Shown here piece after piece: positions 54,493 to 64,000 of a DNA stretch of 64,000 nucleotides (positions are counted from its first letter, which is position 1; every line of letters starts with the position of its first letter). The position numbers and the translations under genes are program-made. The notes under the pieces were generated by a model. That model worked only from the letters and a program-made list of their open reading frames with translations, had not been told where the DNA came from and made no database searches. The stretch covers positions 11,564,485 through 11,628,484 of the forward strand of contig NC_134027.1 in assembly GCF_964204645.1 (NCBI RefSeq). The letters run 5' to 3'. The stretch comes from Tubulanus polymorphus. Its lineage: Eukaryota > Animalia > Nemertea.

Positions 54493-54581
54493 ATGAAACT
54501 GAGGAAAAAAATAATACAAAGAAAGAAAGAAAAGCAGAGAATTTCGAGGAAGAGAATAAAACAATGAAAGAAGAATTATGA
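54493..54581 (+). CDS. CRELD: Alternative last exon of CRELD ending in the ER-retention signal KEEL (CRELD2-like isoform)
   Basis: polypyrimidine acceptor ttctgtttgcag; phase 1 matches the 51282 donor; reads NETEEKNNTKKERKAENFEEENKTMKEEL*. Confidence 0.82.
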
Positions 54582-54841
54582 CGATTGGCCGTTGATATTT
54601 TCATTAACTTCATTTAATAAGAAAGAGAGTATGAAGGGTCACATCCGTTGTTAGTATATACTTAAATTGAAAGCATTTCAAATGAAGAACTTGGATTTTT
54701 AAGCAGTTAGATCTACCGGGTATTTTGAATCCCATGTATCAAAGTATGTCTTTCAAGTTCATCAAGACAATAGACTTCAGTATGTTGTAACCCTGTTAAA
54801 ATTTGTTCTCAATTGAGCTGCGATATCTGTGTTCGATGGTA

Positions 54842-54998
54842 CAGTAGAACCCGCTTAATTCGGATCATTTTGGACCAAACAAATTAATCTTATTTAAGGG
54901 AGATCCGCATTAAAAGTCATTTTCTTGTATATTAATGAAGAAATGGACTGCAAATCATGCCCTAATTAGACCAAAATCCGGATTAGCGGGTTTGACTG
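54842..54998. mobile_element. Tc1/mariner-type MITE
   Basis: ta|cagtagaacccgcttaattcgga ... tccggattagcgggtttgactg|ta. Confidence 0.75.
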
Positions 54999-55207
54999 TA
55001 ATAACGAAGTAATGAGAACCAATTTTCAACAAATACTGAAATTCATCAGTTATATATTGCATCAATGGAATATACAATTTTGATCTCACGATGTACCTAT
55101 GAAGTATTTATTAAGTCTGCATCTCTTGGTCACATGTCAGTGAGTTAATACAGTAGACACTTCAATTTTATCTGGAATTTGATCTAATCAGATAATTTGT
55201 ATTACAG

Positions 55208-55450
55208 TAGACTCTGCTTGCCTCAGATCTCGCTCGACCAACTTATTCTCTGAAGTAAGCGAATTCTGGAGCAGGGGATGCTCGAGGCTACAGCTCTTAG
55301 GGGCTGGCTGCAGGTTACAGATTATCTGAAGGGGTGTTTCCGGGCTACATACGGTAAAACCAGAGGTAATGGGTTCTTGCCGCATGAATTAGTGTTTTAA
55401 GTAATTTTTCTGGGACATGTGATCAATGACTGCGTGGCTAGCAGAGTCTA
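55208..55450. mobile_element. TAG-terminated MITE (Academ-like, tentative)
   Basis: tagactctgcttgcc / ggctagcagagtcta. Confidence 0.55.
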
Positions 55451-55974
55451 CTATATATTTATGGTCCACCTACAGTTAACATCAATGTTGGTAATATGTG
55501 ATGTTTAATGCGATTTCTTATGAACCGAATAAATTTCAACGATCCTAGTCCTGTCTACACTAAATTTTCGAAGTTTTCTTAGAAGCCGAATTTTATACCA
55601 TTTAAAAAAGAATATCTCTAATTCAAATTAGGTGTTGATTCGAGTAAGACAATGAAAACTTAGTTCATATTCTGTTGCAATGATTCTGAGATTTGTGATA
55701 GATCCCCTTAATCTAGACGAGGCATAATTAATTCATTGCTCATGAAAACTATTGTCTTCATTTCATCCCCGATTTCATCTTGTGCTATATTTATCTAGGC
55801 TGCTGTGCTCATCTGTTATTTTTCTAGTCTTTACATCATCAATGATTGCGCAACATCCGAATAAATCTGCAATATATATTTTAAATCGAAGTAGTTGTTG
55901 TCATTTATCAGTAGTTTCGGCATTAGAGTCAAGGTCACTTAAGTGTACCTATCTTGAATTTCAATGAAATACGA

Positions 55975-56225
55975 TTAGGATGCTACAGGAGTCGTGACTT
56001 TTCAATTCTGAGAAGATGGCCATCTTGAGTTCTATCGACCCAATTATTCTTACGATGATTGGCCCTACGCTAGGATCGACAAATATGAAACATCAAGAAA
56101 ATCTTAATTCTGATGGCCCCAATTATTTTGGAGGTGGATACAATTACATGATTAAACAAGATATCAAAATCCATTGAAGCATCTTCAAAGCTTCCCCAAA
56201 TTATTATATTCCATCTATGGATAGA
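55975..56225 (-). mobile_element. Old decayed copy of the HINE family
   Basis: gatggccatcttgagt..tcgacccaatt and gaagcatcttcaaagcttccccaaat resemble 29850-30215. Confidence 0.6.
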
Positions 56226-56689
56226 CGCACAGGCGACACCTGAAAGCAGTAGTTAAGTAATGCAGGTGGGATTTCTGTTGGCTGCAATGATAATTTGATT
56301 CGAGAAATAATCGAGCATTTACTGGGGAATTTTCATGCAATTACTAGGTAAGCGTCTTGTCCCATATATTTTCAATTTGATAAAATGTAGCGTTCAAATG
56401 TAGTACTTCGTATTTCCCTTTCATTCGTACAAAAATTGTTGGTCCTTATTGATATGAATTAAAGAAACTTGACTATAACCATTTGTGAGGTGTATTTGTT
56501 TGAAATAAACGTCGGATTTCGATTATCAAAATCACGGCAGATGACAACTGCCAGCTTGATTGAATTGGTTCACTATAGCAAACTGCTAATCAGTTTATCC
56601 GAAACAAACAAATGTACTTGTATGAGCAAATCGGTTCATAAACCGGTCTAAAGAAATACTAAAATACTATAGATACTCTGATCTCAGCA

Positions 56690-58200
56690 GATCTTCCGTC
56701 ACTGTCTTCAAGGTTATCGTTGCTGTGATCACTGGTCAATACAGAACTGTTGAAGCCTGCACAGATTGCGTTCATCGTATTCAAACAAAACAAAACATCA
56801 CGATTTATAGAGAAAATAACATACTAATTTTATTTTCTGCTATTTAACAATTGAGACATTGAAATCGATCAAAATGGAGTAAACATTAATGGGAAGATTT
56901 GCATAGCTGTGGAAAATGAAGAAAAAATTTCCATCGAATGAAATAAATGAATAGCCTTCATAAATTCCCTCTATGGATTCCAGGGGCATTCTTGGGGTCA
57001 AAGTTGAAACTGGTCTACGAAATGGGGCCCTTGAGACTCAGCCAGGTAATGACGAAAGAGCGAAAAGATTCGGAAAAGTTTAGCGTTTTTTGCCACACGA
57101 AACTGAACCGAACCAGATTTCAACTGAAACGAGAGATTTGCTGATTTCATCCGTACCAGGTTGGGAAGAGTCTACAGTAATACTGTTATCGGATCTATGG
57201 CTGCACCGGCCCCCCTCAGACATTTGATCATCCGATTTATAATTGCCCATGCTTCTGTGATCAGGACCACGCTGAAGGTGGGTGTATGCCAAATCGGTGA
57301 AATTGTGCGGCAAAGGTCATTGACCTATGTGCCCTTATGACTGCCATCGATGCTAGTCATACATGTTCTACTTCCTGAGACGCGATGCAACTCCCTCCCA
57401 GTCGCAAATGACCATGGGACAGACAGAAATTAGTCACACACTGTCGCTAATGATCGCAGTCCAAATAGCAATGAATATCCGAAGAGGTTTGCGTCTGGCT
57501 GCAGATTGATATCTGCGTAGCTAATTAGATATAGGTTTAAACTTGAATAGGTGAAGAGGATACTGGGGCGGATCTAGGAATATAACAAGGCTCAGATCCA
57601 GAAGGTATTCCTCGGTCAGAGCAGCCATGCCAAAGATGGGGTCCCATCTAGGGTTAGACATTTTTGAAGAAATATCCATTCTAATAGATGCAATTTTCAA
57701 CACGATAAGTGTCAGATTTGTAGGTTTCTACAGTTATCTGTTTTGATGAAAAGGATAACCTTGATGGGAAATGGGAAGGCAGGAGTCCAGAATCCCCGAG
57801 GCCAGCCCCTAAATTCGCCCCTGGGATATCAAAGTAAGTACGGTAATCAATTAAAATCATAATTCCACATACCAAGAGACGAAGAAACATTTCTTTAACG
57901 ATAACAAGTACTTGAAATGACACTTTGGGAAGATTGATTAACATAAATTCATGCGAAAGTATGAATCAGCGAGACAGTGAAGAATTTTCAGGGATTTCAC
58001 TCTGAAAAATTTCATTCATTTCATCCCAAGTGAAGAAATCCTTTAAGATATAATAATAACAGTTTTCCAGATAAAAAATATTACGACAATTCTATATTCT
58101 TCAGTCGTATTTCGCGTTATTAATGCCCCAAGCAGTTCCGTGCATTTCATGCCACAAATTGTAAAACGTATCTCAAATAAATGCTAAATAAGAATACAAA
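56690..58200 (-). mobile_element. Highly decayed LINE-like fragment
   Basis: broken frames containing RQCVTNFCLSHGHLRL, loosely resembling the RTEX C-terminal motif; boundaries uncertain. Confidence 0.3.
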
Positions 58201-59594
58201 ATGTAAGGTTAAGTAGCGTAAGCAAATCGTACAGGCAAGCCCGCTTAATCGTGATGGATATCAAGGATCCTCTGACGATTGTAAAATACAAACTGAACTT
58301 AACAAATACACAACATATTACAGTTGAAAATCAAGTTGTCAGGGATAAGCTGTAAACCTTAACCCCAGGGCTAACATCCTCGCTTGCCAGGGGTCCAGTA
58401 TCACTCCCAAACTCGCTTCCACCAGCCCCCTGGCCTCACGAAGCGTGATTTCATTACTGGCGCTCTTGCGCATGACGTCATATATCGATTTGCGAAATAC
58501 ATCCTTGTTCAGTAAAACGTTCGCTGATTGGTCCATTTAACGGGAAAACCAATAGAAGCCTAAAGTCGTTTGTTACAAGCGCTGTAATTGGTACGACCGG
58601 CTTCTGGTCGACTAGGAACGACTCCAACGACTCGTGAGGTCAAGGGGTTCGGCGAACAGCTTTAGCCTAGTGGGTTCGAATCCCTTGACGGGTGAAGATG
58701 CAGGGCTAACAAAGAGTTAATGCCCATCGATAAAATTGGTCCCTAAGGGTCTGTTTGATCTTCACTTGATTACACTAATTGAGTCAACAAGGTTTAAAGA
58801 TGAACTCGAAAAACTTTGTTCAGATTAAGCAGGCTTGACGGTTTCGTTAAATGTTCAAATTTTCTATACCAGGATGTGCTAACATATGAAAGTAGCTAAA
58901 TTTGCCTGTGGAATCTTTACTGCCCAATTTCAACCCCACCTATATCTACATTTCAGTGTTTCACATTAAAAATTTAAAACCAAGGCGCCAGTTGCACCGT
59001 CATAGCTTACCCGGTAAGTTTAAGACCTGTCTAAACCATCCTGGTTCTATGGACGATCTAACAAGCTAAGAAGAGTCTTATGATTTAAGACCACATTTGC
59101 ACGTAAATCATGACCGAGCAACTGGCTCCAGAACACTAAACGAAAAATCTTTTGTTCAGTTGTTCAATTTTAGAAAGATTTAGATTTTTCCACTGAAGTT
59201 TTATACCCGATAATGATGATTTGGAGCGAAACAAGGTGGCGACGAGCCAGCTTGATACGATGCTCTCACGATCAACCATTTGTATCCTACTCACGGCTAC
59301 TGCTCGTAAACGCGACAAACGTCTGTTCGCGGCTCCGTGAGTTTTCAAACGCTAACTAAATCTGTAAACCTAACCTTTTTAGCGGTCAAACAAGAAACCG
59401 TTCGACTAACGATAATATCATGGCGCTGCCACGTCAACGTTACGTTTCGAAAAAATCTTCGTATTCAACTATTTCAACAATTACCGTATTTACAGATAAC
59501 GTATCAACTCTTAAACTCAACAAAATCTTTAAATATCTATCTCTATATCACAATGATTGCTTGTTTACGATTCGATAATCAGACGATCGATATT

Positions 59595-62500
59595 TCATTT
59601 GGCGAATTGTTCGTAAAATGCGATTTTCACGCGTTCGACTTGATGGCAAAGCTTGATCGCTGGTCCCAGTTTTAAGTCCATGTGCTCTTGAACTGTCGGC
59701 AACGTTAACAGCAACAAGGCTTGGCCGTCGATTTCCTATAGAGATAAATGATAATTTTTCTTCATCAAATACATTCGGATGCTCTAAAGTGCAATTGTAT
59801 CGGGCTTCTTGGAGTGTAGCTGTGGCAAGGTGGATGCATCAGGTTCGGCTTGCGCACTTCTATTTTCTTCTACTGTTTCAATCAAAATCGAAAGATCTTA
59901 ACTAGCAAGTGAATCGATGCAAGGCTAATCAATGAGAGCCCCAAGGGGCACTATGGCCAGCCTGTCGGCTATTTATAAATAGCAAATGAGGCAATGTGGG
60001 TTATATTTGTCAAAAGATACTCTCCCCGCTCAATATAATTTACACAGTTCAACAAAACAATACCTAACACCAATTAGAAAATTTAATTTCATATCTTTTT
60101 GGTGGCTCATATGTTGATATTTAGATCAGAGCCCAAAAAATCCAGTTGAAAGATGAGTTTGACGACGTAAAAGACCCAACCGATCGGGAGAGCTGGACAC
60201 GCAGGACACCATTTGTCCGAGTGAAATCAAACTTACATGTTCCTTGAAAAGTCTCGCGAAGTTAGCACAATCGGTTCCTTTAACGAATTGTATCACGTCT
60301 TGAACGCTCCATTCCAACGGATTTGTTTCTAAATACAGCATATCTTCGGGTTTCACCGGCTGGACATAGAACGGAAGAAAACAATACTAAACATATAGAC
60401 CTACAAATTTTCAATAGCCCACTGAGACTAGATGGACTAAAAAAGAGAAAGGTTTCCTCGATTAAGTAATAAATTTCAATGTTATGACATTATCCTGAAA
60501 ATCTTTATCAGACAATCAGAAATACTGGCAGAACTGGTAGATACTTAATAATGCGGAAGATAGCTACAAGAAGAAAACTATAGTCATAACTTAGAAATAA
60601 ATCATTAACTCAAGGCAACTTTTCAGACACTCCTTTCATTCCAAGTGCAGTATTGTTTACATTTCTATGATTTTTCAATTAAATATCATACATCATTTTG
60701 CCCTCAATTATCTGATCAATCGAATAAGTCATCAGTGCCAAAAACAGCCGATAATCAAGCGTGCACGAAAATACACATACTTTATAAGACTGACTAGTCG
60801 ACGGAGACTTAGGCGGTGGAATATCATTTTTCGTCAGCATGATCTTCTTATGCGTGCGGCGCTCGAACGAGAATTTCGGCAGTTTCGCACCGCGCGTTTT
60901 CACACCCGACGGCGGCGATGGCAGCGAGCGCAGGTAGCGGCGTTTCTTGCGCTTTTTCACGGCGGCCGCCGCGCCGCGTATGTCCGAACTGTTCGATTGT
61001 TTGCTCTCCGTGCTCTTGTTGTCGTCGTCGTCGTTGGCCTCTTGCGGCGTGCCGTCACTGTCGGCCGACGGTCGCTTCTTACGAAACAGCAGGTTCACGC
61101 GGCGCCGACGTTTGCCCGGTTTTTTCGGCCCATTTTCCAGGTTCGTGTGACCGCCCGGCGGCCGACCGATTTTCCTCTTTTTCTTCTTGCCGTAATAGTA
61201 CGCTGTGTATACAACAAAATACGAAATTGTACGAATCAAAAACATTTGGTGAACTAGATGGGCAGATTTTTTGGGGTTCGGAAGGTGCAAGTGATATAAC
61301 AACCTTATTCTGGCAACAAAGCCAGGAATCAGAAGGGCAACAATCTAGACCAGGCTAGGTTATCATACCTCTGATTGTAGTAGTTCTCACCAAAAATATC
61401 AGGAATTTGACAAAACGGTAGTTCAATTGAAAATGAAATAGATATGAACTAAAAATTTTATTGGTTTTGAGAGAATTTTGATACTGGGGTAGTTGAACTC
61501 TTAGAAAGAAAAGAAACTACTCTCAAATAGAAATCATAATCAAATCTGAATTTTCATTTTCATGCAATCTAAGGGCATTTTAAGCTAAACTATCTGAGGA
61601 ATAATTCGATCAACTCGTTTGTTTTTTCATCGCAATTTTCAGTAGGGCATTTTCAGCTGAACTCCCCCGAACACCAGCACCTTGGATCCACCACTGGGAG
61701 CAGACGTGGCCTTCCTCAGAAAATTTGCAAGAATTCAAGCACATTCTGAGATCATTTCCTCACATAAAATATAACTATATTCAGGGGGTGTTCTAAACTG
61801 TAATTGAACGTACTGTATTTGGTTTTAGTGAGCTGTGAGCAGTTTTCCGGGCATTCGCTGCCGACGTAATGAGGACCGAACATGTTTGGACAACATTCCA
61901 ATTTGATGCACATTTGTCGACAGAATTCCTCGATTTGTCCCGCGCTACGACATATTTCAACAATGGCGCGATAACTTTTGCCTTTATACCTGTGAATGCG
62001 AATCAGAAGAAATTACCTCGATAATACGATCAGTTCATGATAATTCAGACTTGATTTTCAACGATCTAATTATTTGCGAAAGGTTAGATTTTTCGTTTCT
62101 CCCATCGTTTGAATTCAAATCAATACGATCTTTACTTTTTATTTCTTCAGTACTTTCAAGATTTCATCCAGAAAATACTTGAATCAAAAAAAATTTAATT
62201 TTCATTTTTCTGTTTCCATTTTAAAATGTTTTTTACTTTTTCTGTTTCCCTGTTCCCATCCACTTTAAAATTTCCGTGGAAGTAAAAAAAAATTTCATTC
62301 TATATTTTTCCTAAAAAAAACCTGTATTCCAAAGACCAGTAGTTATACAAAGCCCTAAAACGTGTACACAGTATCCAGCAAGCACGTACTTCGCCTTCAA
62401 CATCTGCTGAAGCATCCGCGGATTCGGTTCGCCTTCGAGCTGTATCTCTCTAAGCACGCGACTCGACTTGTACGCGACGTTGATCAACATCGACAACACC

Positions 62501-63834
62501 TCTTTCATCACCAGTATAACCGGACCGGGCCCGACGCACTTCGGCAGCTCGGCGATACGACCTTTGCTGAGGAACGGTCCCGAAAAGCAACGATGGTTGA
62601 AATAGATTTTCGGACACCAAGCTCCGGTTTCACCTGAAAACGACACGGATCGGTTTACGGGTTGTAGTTGCGATGAACACCGCACGGAAACCGGTAACGA
62701 AATACGTACCACTATCGCCGTCCTTCATGATGTTAAAAGCCGTGTTTCTGAAGTCTTCTGGAGTGCAATGGTCACCTAATGAGCGCCTACAATGTAGGAT
62801 ACATTCTTCTAATTGAATACTTCAAATGAGTTTTTATTACATTATTACATCGATGTTCGCGATACCTATCATGATTTCTGGATTAAAGATCGAAAGGGAA
62901 AGGACAACTAATATGTTAAAACGCTCGCAACCTCTTAAGTCATGTACTATAAGGTTCAAATTTGTCAATTAACTTCTTGACACAAACGCCAACCTCTATG
63001 GGAAGACAGAGGTCTAGAGAATCCCACATTGATCGGCCCCTCACTATTTCACCATCGCACCGATTAGAGAGGGTCATGAAGTGGTTTTTGAGATATGGTT
63101 CAAGGTCATTTTTATAACCAACCACACCTTATTTTAATAATAATTTTGCATTCTTTAATTACGTCAAAAATAACACTTTGAATTACTGATTCATTCAATA
63201 AGAAAGTATGACCTCATTCTATTGTTATTTTATGTTACTAACGATGAATTTCTAGTTTAGATTAAACAAAGATGCTTTATAATTAATTATATGACTTGTT
63301 TATGTCTTCTGAAAAATATCGTGATGGAACAATGGCCACCGTGGCATTCTGAGACCCACTTATAAATATGACTTGAAGAGATTTTACGTACTCTGGTTGA
63401 ACGACAGCAATCTTCCGCCTGCGGAATCCTGCTTTTTTAGGTGGCCTCAACGGGTAGCCATTGCTTTCACACCAGCCGACTGGGAATATATCGTGCGAAT
63501 CGACGTCGACTATGTGCGTCGAGATCAGCTTCGACGAATTATCCAAGTGAATCCACATCAGTTGTCCGACGATTTTCGTAATCGTCGCCGCGCAAATCTG
63601 ATACGGCTGAGCCGGGTTGACGCTTTCTAATTTCATACCGCGTTTAAACTCGTGTTCGGTAATCTCCTACAAAAACACCCAAAAAAAGTCTCGGTCTTAG
63701 TTTTTTCGATCGACGTTAGAAAAATGGCAGAACGGGCGTAACTAATTTACCAAATTGAAGGCATCCTTCGGTGCTATATCCGCCTTACAATTCTGAATGT
63801 ATTCGTTCCAGTCGAAGTCCGAGTCCGGGCATCC
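59595..63834 (-). CDS. SFMBT1: SFMBT1/2-like Polycomb protein, 3' exons (MBT repeats, SLED, basic region, SAM); gene continues past the window end
   Basis: FDWNEY; GMKLESVNP...[14 protein letters not shown] (MBT); [25 protein letters not shown] (SLED); [10 protein letters not shown] and last exon 59735-59595 [46 protein letters not shown] (SAM). Confidence 0.92.
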
Positions 63835-64000
63835 TAAATCGAGTGAAACACGAAACACTTACTAAATAAATAACACATCCAGGGTGGAAGCTATTGGCTG
63901 TTTGTGCTGGCTCTTCTAACTTGTAATTGGATAACGAAAAATTCCACAATCATTAAAAGTGTATTCATTGAAATCGAATCCCATCTTTATAGAAACAGTA

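Noticed and set aside
58600-58700. tRNA gene (gggttcgaatccc); similar motifs at ~44064 and ~10780
   Set aside because: Only a B-box/T-arm is visible and no full cloverleaf could be built; likely SINE heads
60667-61358. Plus-strand ORFs of 196 and 146 aa
   Set aside because: Antisense shadows of a GC-rich SFMBT exon

Overview
AT-rich, intron-containing animal genomic DNA. It is probably a marine invertebrate or lophotrochozoan; this is an inference from gene content and a pearl/HINE-type repeat. Left third: two 10-exon clan-2 cytochrome P450 paralogs in divergent orientation (724-3362 minus; 13111-18066 plus) enclose an intronless peptide-type GPCR, an intronless TMEM249 (CatSper-theta) homolog and a GPCR pseudogene fragment. 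Middle: a RhoA/Rho1 gene (minus) with one first coding exon (41073-41228) but two complete, diverged copies of the terminal exon (34767-35189 and 24297-24719), separated by nested transposons. Head-to-head with it lies a CRELD gene (plus) with two alternative last exons, one membrane-anchored (CRELD1-like) and one ending in KEEL (CRELD2-like). Right end: the 3' half of an SFMBT1/2-like Polycomb gene (minus). Repeats include RTEX-like and CR1/L2-like LINEs, a Helentron-associated (HINE/pearl-like) element with 154-bp internal tandem repeats, several MITE families, and a Penelope-like inverted repeat carrying a minimal hammerhead ribozyme motif. Exon coordinates were derived by eye from splice signals and recalled protein homology; nothing was aligned or searched computationally.
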